Shown here: positions 40,499-50,417 of the stretch, piece by piece
Layout: each line of letters opens with the position of its first letter
Position numbering within the stretch: position 1 is the stretch's first letter
Source of the DNA: Thermodesulfobacteriota bacterium
Lineage (GTDB): Bacteria; Desulfobacterota_D; UBA1144; Nemesobacterales; Nemesobacteraceae
Reading direction: 5' to 3'
DNA: 64,000 nucleotides
Assembly: GCA_965207685.1 (NCBI GenBank)
Contig: OZ242294.1
Location: 1,494,884-1,558,883, forward strand
Notes under the pieces: model-generated
Databases searched by the model: none
Told to the model about the DNA's origin: nothing
The model's input: the letters and a program-made list of their open reading frames with translations, nothing else
Made by a program: the position numbers and the translations under genes

Positions 40499-41242
40499 AT
40501 GGCACCGGAGAGCAGTGGAGAGAGCATGCCGCAGAGTTGCGATAGGCTGATAATAGCGCTTGACTTCGATTCAAGAGAGAAAGCTCTTGCCCTTGTGGGA
40601 CTTCTTGGCGAAAGGATCGGCATCTACAAGGTCGGCTACCAGCTTTTTATGCGTGAGGGGATGAGCTTCGTAAAGGAACTTGTGGGACTTGGAAAGAGGG
40701 TTTTTCTCGATCTTAAGATGGGAGACATAGACCGTACGATTACGGCCGCGCTTCGGGCGGTGCCGGAGGGAGTGGAATTCATTACCATAAACGGCGGAAA
40801 AGCGACGGTGGCTGCTGCCAAGGAGGGTCGCGGCGAAAGAGACCGGCCGCTTATTCTTTCCCTAACTTTTCTCTCAAGCCTCGACCAGGATGATCTGAGA
40901 GCTCTTATGATGAACGAGAATCTGGAGCTTGATGAGTACGTACGGGTTTTTACGCGAAGGTCGATTGAAGCCGGCTGTGACGGAGTTGTGGCTTCCGGGG
41001 AATCAATACGTGAAATCAGGCGGGAATTTGGAAACCGCCTCGTAATAGTTGCTCCCGGAATACGCCCCGAGGGGAAAAGCCGAAACGATCACAAAAGGGC
41101 TCTCACCCCACAGATGGCTATTGATTACGGAGCCGATTATCTGGTCGTTGGACGCCCGGTTACCGAGGCGGAAAACAGCCTTGAGGTCGCAGAGAATCTT
41201 GTAGACGAAGTAAACTGCGCCGTTGCCGGAAAAGGAGATTAG
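40499..41242 (+). CDS. pyrF: Orotidine-5'-phosphate decarboxylase
   Basis: IIALD, FLDLKMGDI, PGIRP, VVGRP; start 40499 or 40526. Confidence 0.95.
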   Translation: MAPESSGESMPQSCDRLIIALDFDSREKALALVGLLGERIGIYKVGYQLFMREGMSFVKELVGLGKRVFLDLKMGDIDRTITAALRAVPEGVEFITINGGKATVAAAKEGRGERDRPLILSLTFLSSLDQDDLRALMMNENLELDEYVRVFTRRSIEAGCDGVVASGESIREIRREFGNRLVIVAPGIRPEGKSRNDHKRALTPQMAIDYGADYLVVGRPVTEAENSLEVAENLVDEVNCAVAGKGD

Positions 41243-41259
41243 ACTAAATATTAATCTTC

Positions 41260-42018
41260 CTATGCGACGATTTCCATGAGATCTTCGGCGACTATTATCT
41301 CCGTTTCTTTGTTTCCCGAAAGCGCTTCTATTTCTTCCGAAAGATCTCTACCGTCCATTGAGGGGTAAAGATGCGAGAGCACGATTTTTCTGGGACTGCT
41401 TTCCCGAAGAATCTCTGCTATGTCTGAAGGAGTCATGTGAACGGCCATTTTCTCTGAATCCGGAAGCGCGCATTCCGTAACGAATATGTCTGCGTCCGAG
41501 GCCACCTCACGAAGTCCAGGGAAATAACCCGTGTCTCCCGTATAGACGATTTTCTTTCCGCCGCAACGTACAACATAGCCAATGCTGTTTTCAGTGTGAA
41601 CGGTTTTGAATGTCTTTATTTCAAGATCGCCGATTTTCTGTTTCTTTTTTCCTACCTCATGGATTCCCACGAGCTCTGGTCTTACCCACTCCCTGTAGGG
41701 CGCCTGCAGCTTTTCGAGAAATTCCGAGAACCCATCCGGCCCCCATATTCCAAGCGTCTTTTCTCTTTTTTTCCCGTAAGGATGCTTAGTAGCGAAAAGA
41801 AGAGGGATCAGGTCGGAGGTGTGATCGGGGTGGAAATGAGTTATGAAAACATTGTCGATCTCGAGATAATTGGCCCCTATTTTCTCAAGCTTCCATACCG
41901 TGCCGTTTCCGCAGTCAAAAAGGGCGGAGCCAGTATCGGTGCCGAGAAGATATCCGGAAGAACCTCTTTTCTCGTGGGGCACGCAGGTGCCCGAACCCAA
42001 AACAGTAAGCTTCACCAT
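41260..42018 (-). CDS. MBL-fold hydrolase (RNase Z/AtsA-like)
   Basis: VLGSG, THFHPDH, YTGDT, LSHLYP. Confidence 0.88.
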   Translation of the reverse strand: MVKLTVLGSGTCVPHEKRGSSGYLLGTDTGSALFDCGNGTVWKLEKIGANYLEIDNVFITHFHPDHTSDLIPLLFATKHPYGKKREKTLGIWGPDGFSEFLEKLQAPYREWVRPELVGIHEVGKKKQKIGDLEIKTFKTVHTENSIGYVVRCGGKKIVYTGDTGYFPGLREVASDADIFVTECALPDSEKMAVHMTPSDIAEILRESSPRKIVLSHLYPSMDGRDLSEEIEALSGNKETEIIVAEDLMEIVA

Positions 42019-42073
42019 CTGACTTGATATAATTCCGTCTCCGTTCCATAATCTTACTCGCGGAGCGGTTTGG

Positions 42074-42856
42074 ATGAAGAGAATTATAACACTGACAACG
42101 GATTTCGGGTCAAGTGATCATTACGTGGGGGCGATGAAAGGGGTTATGCTGTCCGTAAATGAAAACGTCCACCCGGTCGACATAACCCACTGCATTGAGT
42201 CTCACGATATCCACGCCGCGTCTTTTGTTATAGGTAATTCATATCGCTATTTTCCGAAAAATACCGTGCATCTGGTCGTGGTAGACCCGGGAGTCGGGAG
42301 CAGGCGAAGGCCTCTGGCGCTCTTTGCGGACGGTCATTTTTTCGTGGGGCCTGACAACGGCGTTTTCAGCTCGGTCATTCGTTCCTGTGAAGATTTCAGT
42401 GCCCGCGAGATAAAAAACCGCAACTATTTCTTAGAAGAAATAAGCTCAACTTTTCACGGAAGGGATATATTCTCCCCGGTCGCTGCCCACCTCTCGCTTG
42501 GGGTTTCGTTCTTGGAGATCGGCCCGCAAATCCGTGATCCCCAAATCCTTCCCCGCGACGGGTACTCGGTAAACGGGGCCGAGATCCGCGGAAGCATCGT
42601 TTACACTGACAAGTTCGGGAATCTTATAACCAGCATACCAACGGAGGCTGTCAGGGACGGGGCCCGGGCTGTGGTAACAGTTGGAGAGAGGCAGGTCACG
42701 GGAATCTCGGAATCGTATTCTTCCGTGGAGCCGGGTGAAATCGTTGTTGTCGGGGGAAGCGGGGGATATATAGAAGTATCGGTTAACCAGGGGCGAGCGA
42801 GCGATATTTTCGGCGAAGTTCCACCGGAAGTCATTATCGTTGAGGAAAGCAGCTGA
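42074..42856 (+). CDS. SAM hydroxide/halide adenosyltransferase family (DUF62)
   Basis: ITLTTDFG, VVDPGVG, GPDNG, TFHGRDIF, DKFGN. Confidence 0.92.
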   Translation: MKRIITLTTDFGSSDHYVGAMKGVMLSVNENVHPVDITHCIESHDIHAASFVIGNSYRYFPKNTVHLVVVDPGVGSRRRPLALFADGHFFVGPDNGVFSSVIRSCEDFSAREIKNRNYFLEEISSTFHGRDIFSPVAAHLSLGVSFLEIGPQIRDPQILPRDGYSVNGAEIRGSIVYTDKFGNLITSIPTEAVRDGARAVVTVGERQVTGISESYSSVEPGEIVVVGGSGGYIEVSVNQGRASDIFGEVPPEVIIVEESS

Positions 42857-42865
42857 GAGGAATCC

Positions 42866-43822
42866 ATGGAACCCGCAGAGGAAAAAACCGTAACAGAAAT
42901 CCCCCGGGAATTTGCCGGACAAAGAGCCGACGTATTTCTTTCGGGCTTCCTGACGGAACTTAGTCGCTCGAGCATAAAAAAGCACATAGAGCTTGGAAAC
43001 ATACTTATTGACCGCAAAACGTTTAAGCCTTCCAGGATAATAAACGGCGGTGAGAGCCTGAGCGTTAACATTCCTCCTCCTGAGCCCTGCGGCATCAGGG
43101 GAGAGGAGATTGATGTCGAGGTTGTTTACGAGGACCGTGACATAGTCGTCGTCAACAAACCCGCCGGCATGGTGGTTCATCCCGGAGCGGGAGTAACAAG
43201 CGGCACGCTTGTAAACGCTCTTGTTTATATGTGCGAGGATCTTTCGGGAATAGGAGGCGAGATGCGCCCGGGGATCGTGCACCGCCTCGACAAGGAGACC
43301 TCCGGGGTCATGGTTGTTGCTAAAAACGACCGGGCGCACAAAAGTCTTTCCGAGCAGTTCAAGAGCAGGGAGATGGAAAAGGAGTATGTGGCTATTGTTT
43401 CCGGGGAAATGAAAAAAGGTTCGGGGGTTTTCAACTCCCCCATAGGGAGAAGTCCCTCAAACAGGGTAAAAATGACTTCTTTTTCCAGAGCCGGAAGAGA
43501 TGCCGAGACCCGCTGGGAGGTAATCGAGAGACTGAGCGGAGCAACTCTTGTGAGCGTCTGGCCGAAGACCGGAAGAACTCACCAGATAAGGGTTCATTTT
43601 TCTGAAAACGGGTTCCCGGTGCTTGCCGATAAAATCTACGGAGGCAAAAAAAGTCGCCCAAAAAATTCCGGGAGCTTGGGAGCATTAATAAAAAGACACG
43701 CGCTTCACGCGAGAAGCCTCGGATTTACCCATCCGGTGACCGGAAAGCGGATTGAGCTTTCAGCGGAAATCCCCGAGGATATGGCTTCAGTGATCGATTT
43801 TCTAAGGAGGCAGAGCGGATGA
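42866..43822 (+). CDS. RluA/RluD family pseudouridine synthase
   Basis: S4 domain, NKPAGMVVHP, HRLDKETSG, TGRTHQIRVH. Confidence 0.95.
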   Translation: MEPAEEKTVTEIPREFAGQRADVFLSGFLTELSRSSIKKHIELGNILIDRKTFKPSRIINGGESLSVNIPPPEPCGIRGEEIDVEVVYEDRDIVVVNKPAGMVVHPGAGVTSGTLVNALVYMCEDLSGIGGEMRPGIVHRLDKETSGVMVVAKNDRAHKSLSEQFKSREMEKEYVAIVSGEMKKGSGVFNSPIGRSPSNRVKMTSFSRAGRDAETRWEVIERLSGATLVSVWPKTGRTHQIRVHFSENGFPVLADKIYGGKKSRPKNSGSLGALIKRHALHARSLGFTHPVTGKRIELSAEIPEDMASVIDFLRRQSG

Positions 43823-44496
43823 AGGTTTTTCGTTCGGCCCTGCTTGAGAGGTGTAGCGGTGTTATCCACGGTTTCGTTCATGATCCCGGAGGGCCGGATA
43901 TCCTGAAAATCGCCTCCGTCCACGGGCTTGAAAATATCCTTACCGTGAATCAGGTTCACGGCAGCACTGTTTTTTTCGCCGATAGTGCCGCGGGAGGGAA
44001 ATCTGTCGAAGCCGATTCGATCGTTACGCAGCAAAAAGGTGTAGGCATCGGGGTCATCACGGCCGACTGCATTCCTGTTTTGCTCTGCTTTCCCGATTCC
44101 AGATGCGTCTGCGCCGTCCACGCGGGATGGCGCGGAACCTCACTGCGCACGGTTAGGGAATGTATTGGGGCCGTTTGTGAAAAATATTCTTTTAAACCGC
44201 GGGACGCCGTAGCCGTAATAGGTCCGGCCATATGGGGATGCTGCTACGAAGTTCGAGACGATGTAGCGTCACAGTTCGTCTCAAAGTTCAGCGGCGAAGC
44301 AGACTGGCTTCTAGAAAAAGGCGACGGGAAGTTTCTTCTTGATCTTGTGGAGCTTAACAGAATCGAACTTTGCGATGCGGGAGTTCAGCAAATCGAGATA
44401 ATGGATCTGTGCACTTGTTGTCAGGGCCTTCCTTCATACAGAAGAGACGGTTCCGGTACGGAAAAGATGATTAGTTTTGTCGGGATTTCCCCTTAG
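43819..44496 (+). CDS. pgeF: Peptidoglycan editing factor PgeF / YfiH-like
   Basis: QVHG, TADCIP, HAGWRG, SYRR; usual neighbour of rluD. Confidence 0.9.
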   Translation: MKVFRSALLERCSGVIHGFVHDPGGPDILKIASVHGLENILTVNQVHGSTVFFADSAAGGKSVEADSIVTQQKGVGIGVITADCIPVLLCFPDSRCVCAVHAGWRGTSLRTVRECIGAVCEKYSFKPRDAVAVIGPAIWGCCYEVRDDVASQFVSKFSGEADWLLEKGDGKFLLDLVELNRIELCDAGVQQIEIMDLCTCCQGLPSYRRDGSGTEKMISFVGISP

Positions 44497-44565
44497 TGGA
44501 TTTTTTTCTTTCAGCGCAGTATTGCAACTTAACGCCGAGACGGAACACGGTACTTCGGCAGATCT

Positions 44566-45024
44566 TTAGTTTTTCGTCTCTTGATACAGAGTTTCTGCGC
44601 GAAGTTTCAATCCCACGCCTACATCGCTAAAACCGCGGCGTATATAACCGCCGAAGAGAAGTGAAATTATTGGTGAAAGTACGCCGCTTAGTAGGTCGAC
44701 ATTATGGTAACTGCAGCTTGTATCACTTATAGGTTCCAGATGCTGCTCTCGCACCGCAAACAAAAGCCAGGAAGCTCCGAAATTCCTGCTCCAAGAAATA
44801 AGACGTGGTTTTTCAAATGCACATACAGTTTCGGTTATTCTGAATTTTGTAGGCCCCATTCTTACCAATAAATGAGCGGGCGACCCAATTTTAAAATCGG
44901 TTCTGGCCCGGGATGTGAATGGATTCCACTCACTATATTTTTCAACGTCAGTCAGTACCTCCCAAACGAAGTCAATGGGTGCGTTGATCTGAATGCGGTC
45001 GGTACGTACGCTAAAACTATTCAT
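44566..45024 (-). CDS. SRPBCC/START-like ligand-binding protein
   Basis: I.INAPI..VWEVLTD...YSEWNPF. Confidence 0.85.
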   Translation of the reverse strand: MNSFSVRTDRIQINAPIDFVWEVLTDVEKYSEWNPFTSRARTDFKIGSPAHLLVRMGPTKFRITETVCAFEKPRLISWSRNFGASWLLFAVREQHLEPISDTSCSYHNVDLLSGVLSPIISLLFGGYIRRGFSDVGVGLKLRAETLYQETKN

Positions 45025-46021
45025 GTCTATCTCTGCTGTTCTTAACTAGAGTTTTAACCCATACATCTGAGTTGTCCCATAGGAGTCTTGACACATCCTG
45101 ATCCTTGGTATCGTCAGATGATTCCGCTGTTTCGCAACGCACATAATAATTTCCACCTTGAAGCGGGTACTTGCTAGCGCACATCACGGAAGTTTGTGCG
45201 CCAAATATCGGGCGTAACAAGACAACAGATGCGAGTGCGGAACAGATCTGGTTTAGAAGATACCCGATTTTTCCTTTGAACTTTTTAATCTGCGTAAGAT
45301 TAGTCATAACAGATCCAGGGTGTACCGCTGCCGATTGCAGGTTGTACTTTTTGGCAAACCGTCTCTGGATCTCGAAAGTAAGGTGGATTAGCGCTAGTTT
45401 TGACAGTCCATAAGCGTTCCAGGAGTGGTAGTCTCCATCATCGCTAAACATGCTCTTGTTTTTCACTCTGTCGTGCAAATGGGAAGTTACGTTTATGACT
45501 CGCGCATCTCCGCTTTCTAGACCATTTTGCTTAAGAATTGGAAGCAATAAACTCGTCAGGTGAAAAGTTCCAAGGAAATTGGTGCGCCAATGAATTTCGA
45601 AACCATCTTTTGTCACGGGCGGCTTTTTTTTTGGACTAAGAATATTCTCGTGAATCCCCGCATTATTGATAAGTACGTGTAGTCGGCCGTTGTAATTCTT
45701 TTGGTACCACATTACGAAATCATTAACACTGTCAACATCACACAGGTCTAACGGATGGGCTGTAATCTTGTTTTCGTCAGCACCAATGATTCGCAAGTCT
45801 TTCCTCAAAGAGCTTTCCATCAATTCAATGTCATGAGTACTGGTGACAACAACTGTAGCTCCCCAGTTTGCAAGGATCTTGGCCGTTTCATAACCAATTG
45901 AATTAGGAGAAGCACCTGTCACAATGACGTTCCGACTCGACATGTCAACCTCTTCCGCCATCGGCTTACTGGTAAACAACTGCAGGATATGAGTTACGGA
46001 TTTTAAGAACGTTTTAGGCAT
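45017..46021 (-). CDS. SDR oxidoreductase (retinol dehydrogenase/WWOX-like)
   Basis: TGA...IG, NNAG, DGFEIH, YGLSK, VHPGSV. Confidence 0.88.
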   Translation of the reverse strand: MPKTFLKSVTHILQLFTSKPMAEEVDMSSRNVIVTGASPNSIGYETAKILANWGATVVVTSTHDIELMESSLRKDLRIIGADENKITAHPLDLCDVDSVNDFVMWYQKNYNGRLHVLINNAGIHENILSPKKKPPVTKDGFEIHWRTNFLGTFHLTSLLLPILKQNGLESGDARVINVTSHLHDRVKNKSMFSDDGDYHSWNAYGLSKLALIHLTFEIQRRFAKKYNLQSAAVHPGSVMTNLTQIKKFKGKIGYLLNQICSALASVVLLRPIFGAQTSVMCASKYPLQGGNYYVRCETAESSDDTKDQDVSRLLWDNSDVWVKTLVKNSRDRHE

Positions 46022-46123
46022 GCTGAAACAACTTTATGTATAAGGTGTGGCCTTGCGTACAACTATATAACATAAATGCGCATCTGGTACTTGCGTGGCT
46101 GGTTGCTATGCAACTTATATGGC

Positions 46124-47125
46124 TTACTCTCGGGAATTAGCGACTAAGGGCTCACTCGCTTCCCACAACTTAGTTCCGTTTTCCTCATCCAGTGCCGTAG
46201 AAGACACAGACTTTCGCTGCATTAAATGCAAGTAGATTCCTGTGTTGGTACCAGCTTCTTCTGCACAGCATAAGTAAATTACCGGCCCAATAGCTTCTTC
46301 TGGAGATTGAAAAAAATATCTTAGCAACGGGTTAACTATGGGCTTCAAAATCGACGGTGTTTCTCGTGAAATGTTCGTAGCAACGCCTCCAGGACACATT
46401 GAGTGAACTGCAACTTCAGTTTTGCCGCCTGTGTTCAGACGGCGCGAGAGTTCAGTCGCAAACGTACACAGAACAAGTTTACTGATGCCGTAATACTTGA
46501 AGCCATCTCCGAGCTCATAGTCGGTAAATTCCCCGAAGCGGTCGAAATCGATAGTATGAGAGGACCGATGGGCTTCGGATGAAACGAAGATAATTCGCGG
46601 TGTCTTCCCGGCTTGGCTGGATGGACAAATCACGCCGTCTTGCAGCCACCGGTCAATCATGACGCGATTCGACAAGAAATGAACCGCGAACATTGTCTCG
46701 TATCCTTGCGGTGTTTTAGTTGCCTTTTGGAGCGCCAGGCCTGCGTTCAAAACCGCAATATCAATTTTGATGTTGCGGTTACTCAGACTATCACAAAGAC
46801 AGTGTACCGACTGAAGATCCGAGAGGTCTACTTCCATCATTTCTATGTTTTGAGACCCGGACAGTGTCTTTATTTCGTCGCATGTTTCCGTATGACCGGG
46901 TCGACAAGCTAAAATCATGTTTGCGCCACGCCTTGCAAGTTCAATGGCCGCGGCTTTGCCCAGTCCGCTGTTCGCTCCGGTTATTAGACAAGTTTTGCCG
47001 TCGATACGTACGTGCTTCGGAACAGGGTTTACTTCCGATACCTTGGGTTGCTTCAAATCTCGAATTGCGATGATTATAGCGTCTATGAAGGAACCATCAC
47101 CCATTTGGTTTGTTTTTCGCTTCAT
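46124..47125 (-). CDS. SDR oxidoreductase (retinol dehydrogenase/WWOX-like)
   Basis: TGANSGLG, LNAG, YGISK. Confidence 0.88.
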   Translation of the reverse strand: MKRKTNQMGDGSFIDAIIIAIRDLKQPKVSEVNPVPKHVRIDGKTCLITGANSGLGKAAAIELARRGANMILACRPGHTETCDEIKTLSGSQNIEMMEVDLSDLQSVHCLCDSLSNRNIKIDIAVLNAGLALQKATKTPQGYETMFAVHFLSNRVMIDRWLQDGVICPSSQAGKTPRIIFVSSEAHRSSHTIDFDRFGEFTDYELGDGFKYYGISKLVLCTFATELSRRLNTGGKTEVAVHSMCPGGVATNISRETPSILKPIVNPLLRYFFQSPEEAIGPVIYLCCAEEAGTNTGIYLHLMQRKSVSSTALDEENGTKLWEASEPLVANSRE

Positions 47126-47181
47126 GGTGAGTTTCTCCGCATTGTTTTTCGGTTCTTTGAGGTTACTTGAATTTGCATAGA

Positions 47182-48438
47182 CTATTCGAAAGGAATTTCA
47201 TGCTTCTCCCGATAAAAGGAGAAATGATCTTCAATAATTTCCTCGCTCAGCCCGAAATCGCTCAAATGGTAGACATGCCTGCCAAAGCGATTTTGCGGAT
47301 TTCTATTCATAAAGGTTTTGGCTTGCCGCACCGCTTCAGCATCAAAATCGACCCCAGCCTTCAGGTAGATCCGGTGAAGCTGAGCAATCGGATCCTTCAT
47401 CAGGTCGTAGTACGAAACGTCGACGAATCGGTCGGTATCTGCTCTATCTCGAGACTCGATGGTTAACTCGACCATCCTGCGAGTTTTTCTGGACCAGTGT
47501 CTGGCGATTTCCTTTGGGTCCACATGGTCGCTGAATATGCCGCGGTTGTGAGCAACCATACTGCAGAAAGAAGGCATGGTTTTTCTAGGGTCGCGGTGGG
47601 TCTGGACGACTATCGCAGTGGGGAAAACTTTAAGAAATACATCCAGATATTCCATGTGATGCGGGGTTTTGAGCACCCAGTTGCTGCTGGGGCGTTGCCA
47701 GCACAGAATCTTCAGCACTTTATGGAAATATTCGTAGGTCTGCGTATGGTCCTGCTCCTCAAGCCACCCGGAGTAACTCGGCACGTGCATTATAGCTTCT
47801 GGCGCCTGACTCATAAAGTTCAGATCAAGAAGCATTACATCTTCTTCCGGCTCATTATGGTCAATGGGGTGAACTGCCATGAACTGCGGTGACAAATACG
47901 AAATCAGTCGTTGTGCGAGGACTGCATGCACATTTCGAGCGATCGTTTCTTTAGCCTTGTTGCTTGGCGGTAACGGGTTGAGTGCTTCCGCGCCTGACAC
48001 GCCTCGGACATTCGGATGAGAATTCAGCAGCCTGTGCAATATTGTCGTTCCACTGCGCTGCAGTCCCGTGATCAGGATAATCTTCCCCAAATTGATATCA
48101 TGTATTTCAGGGTGTTGTTTTAGCAGTTCTTCAATTCGCAAGCGATGAACTAATGCGCTTGTAAGTCGAATTTTTTGTATCAGCCTGCCGGTTGGGGTTA
48201 GCTCGGCTTCTTCATTAATCGAATTTATGAGAACTTCCAACGCTTCAAAGTGACCGTCGTCACCAAAATCCTCAAGCCTCGTTTTTCGAATCGCGCTGGC
48301 GGTGAGCTTTTCAGTATTCAAGGAACTCGACAATCCGAGGCCTCCACTTAGCTTCCCGATGGAATTGAAAATCCTAACGGGAAGAGGACGGTAGGGATTC
48401 TCATAGTCTGTAGAAGTCACTAGATTCTTTTTAGCCAT
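47182..48438 (-). CDS. PAPS-dependent sulfotransferase
   Basis: 5'-PSB GLQRSGTT, WVLKTPHH, 3'-PB THRDP. Confidence 0.9.
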   Translation of the reverse strand: MAKKNLVTSTDYENPYRPLPVRIFNSIGKLSGGLGLSSSLNTEKLTASAIRKTRLEDFGDDGHFEALEVLINSINEEAELTPTGRLIQKIRLTSALVHRLRIEELLKQHPEIHDINLGKIILITGLQRSGTTILHRLLNSHPNVRGVSGAEALNPLPPSNKAKETIARNVHAVLAQRLISYLSPQFMAVHPIDHNEPEEDVMLLDLNFMSQAPEAIMHVPSYSGWLEEQDHTQTYEYFHKVLKILCWQRPSSNWVLKTPHHMEYLDVFLKVFPTAIVVQTHRDPRKTMPSFCSMVAHNRGIFSDHVDPKEIARHWSRKTRRMVELTIESRDRADTDRFVDVSYYDLMKDPIAQLHRIYLKAGVDFDAEAVRQAKTFMNRNPQNRFGRHVYHLSDFGLSEEIIEDHFSFYREKHEIPFE

Positions 48439-48448
48439 CGCAATTTGC

Positions 48449-49642
48449 TCAACTCAGCAGTTGCCTAAGGTCAGTTAACTTGATCAATCTGGTCTGTGGT
48501 TGAGGATGTTCCTTGGCGCGTACCCATCTAAAACACATCGTGCCGGAAGAATGTCCGGCTGTTTGAAGCCAGTTGGGATGACCGGGATTTTCGTGAGCTA
48601 CCACCAGGCGCACAGAACCGTCATCTTCGTAGCGGGCGAGATGTTTGTTGGTGTGTATCGTGTGATAGCGGTAGTCCAGCGATTCCATCCAGTAATTGTT
48701 TAACTGGAAGTTCCAATGTTCGCATTCCGGCGGCATTACTTCTATCAAAAGCGCTTCGTCTTCCGCTACCCTCCAATGACTGTGGTAGTAAACGATATTG
48801 GGATCACCCCCGGCAGCCAGCGATACTTCCGGATCAAACATCGGCAGTTCGTTGGTGTGCTTTTGAAAATCACGAGCCCACTTGGCAAACAGCAGCGGTG
48901 CGCCTGCCACGAGCATTCCCACAGTTTTCAGTCCTTCGTCGAGCTGTTTCGGCGTCAATGGAGAAGGGAGGCGTTCATCTTCGGAACAGTTGATTCGTTC
49001 TATTCGCAACTCTGCTGGAGTTTCTGTTTCGCGATCAAGGAAAGTCTGACGTACCACTAATGTGCCAGTTTCTGGTGTCATGGGAAGCCAGTTCTTACTT
49101 TGAGGCTTGCAGCTGAGTATCAGTTCAAAGTACCCGTCTTCGTCAGTTTCTATTTGGTCAGACTCTATATGCCCGGTGGGAGGGAGCCCTCGTCCTTGCC
49201 CGTAGTTGCCGGACTGAGTGCCAAAACTTAAGTATGCGATATTGTTGCGCCGCCCTGTGATTTTGTATTCATACTCACCGCTAAGTGCCGCTGTCTGGTA
49301 GAAATTATCAGGATTGTCCGCCCCTAGCTTGGTTGTTTCGTTGACTACGCGATGAAGCACGGGTGCTTTCGGGTCTGCATGCTCGATAAATGCCATCAGT
49401 CCGGCCCGGGCGATGCGGCTTAAGTACCGATACCCTTCTGCCTGATTAAATGCGTCTTTAGGTGCCTTTGGGAAATTTAAAGCTGCTCCTGCAGCTTTTA
49501 AAGTATCGCAGAACTCATCCCAGGACTTCCCGCTGACTACCCGTTGAGCGGCTAAGTCAGTTTCTGTTTTGCCACGCAACTTCCAGATGAAAAGAGATGT
49601 CTGTCGAAACAAGGCGAGAAGGCGGATTGCGAATTTTCGCAT
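48449..49642 (-). CDS. DUF1214-type protein (Rv3531c-like)
   Basis: AEGYRYL.R, GADNPD, NYWMESLDY, PGHPNWL.T.GH. Confidence 0.8.
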   Translation of the reverse strand: MRKFAIRLLALFRQTSLFIWKLRGKTETDLAAQRVVSGKSWDEFCDTLKAAGAALNFPKAPKDAFNQAEGYRYLSRIARAGLMAFIEHADPKAPVLHRVVNETTKLGADNPDNFYQTAALSGEYEYKITGRRNNIAYLSFGTQSGNYGQGRGLPPTGHIESDQIETDEDGYFELILSCKPQSKNWLPMTPETGTLVVRQTFLDRETETPAELRIERINCSEDERLPSPLTPKQLDEGLKTVGMLVAGAPLLFAKWARDFQKHTNELPMFDPEVSLAAGGDPNIVYYHSHWRVAEDEALLIEVMPPECEHWNFQLNNYWMESLDYRYHTIHTNKHLARYEDDGSVRLVVAHENPGHPNWLQTAGHSSGTMCFRWVRAKEHPQPQTRLIKLTDLRQLLS

Positions 49643-49946
49643 GGCGTACCTCTAAGCAAGACTGATCTCATCGCTCGTAGATGTGTTTTTTTGTATTTTC
49701 CGGCACAGGTTTTGTCCGAAAATAATAATTCGTTTTATCCTGTAATGACTAAATAAATGTATAAGACACACAAAAAATGGCAATTATTTTGCGATAGAGA
49801 CTGCAGAATGAGAAAAGGATTTTCTCGGAATCTTCAGGAAGATGACGGAAAAGACAGTTAAAATCAGTCTCGCATCGTTGCCCAAAGATGGGATAATAGT
49901 ATATAATTTCCCAAAATATCCATGTGAATCCTCGGAGGAAAGAAAA

Positions 49947-50375
49947 ATGAAAATAATGTCCTGGCTCGATTCGGAAGATTACTGGTACATGAATTCCCTA
50001 AGCGAGCAGAACAAGGAAATAAACTACTACGGCTACGTGATGGAGGTCGGAGACGAGGAAGATTCAAGCAGAATAAGGATCATGGTGGTTGAACTGCAGA
50101 GCGTGAAGATGGTGGTGGGATTCATTGTTCCTCTTAGCATGGATTTGAGCGGGCAGATAGACATGGGTTTTATCTGTCAGGAAAGGCCGGATAAGGATGT
50201 GCCGTTTTCGTGTACGCTCTCAGGAGAGGTAAAAAACCTTACCTACACCGGAGACGACCTCCAGAAAATAGAGTATGCCGGTCTTTCGCTTGAAAAGTTC
50301 TACCAGAACAAGGGAATAAAGTTCTACCTTCTGGACCTTCGCCCGATCTCCGAGCAGAATCAGGACATGCCTTGA
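49947..50375 (+). CDS. Hypothetical protein
   Basis: GGAGG RBS before ATG 49947; TTGCCC-N17-TATAAT upstream; precedes argG. Confidence 0.65.
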   Translation: MKIMSWLDSEDYWYMNSLSEQNKEINYYGYVMEVGDEEDSSRIRIMVVELQSVKMVVGFIVPLSMDLSGQIDMGFICQERPDKDVPFSCTLSGEVKNLTYTGDDLQKIEYAGLSLEKFYQNKGIKFYLLDLRPISEQNQDMP

Positions 50376-50417
50376 TCAAGCCTTCCATTTGCGAAGAAAT
50401 ACCGGAGCACTAGTAAT

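Noticed and set aside
42074-42856. SAM-dependent chlorinase/fluorinase as a halogenation gene
   Set aside because: Carries the HGRD motif and housekeeping context typical of DUF62 SAM hydrolases; no biosynthetic cluster nearby
42446-43339. 297-aa minus-strand ORF and many similar long antisense ORFs (e.g. 3757-4461, 29386-30108, 35902-36612)
   Set aside because: They lie opposite well-supported genes and have no recognisable motifs; shadow ORFs
46062-46122. attC-like palindrome (ATATAAC...CTTATAT) between the two SDR genes
   Set aside because: One core site lacks the required GTT/AAC match; single instance; no integron integrase
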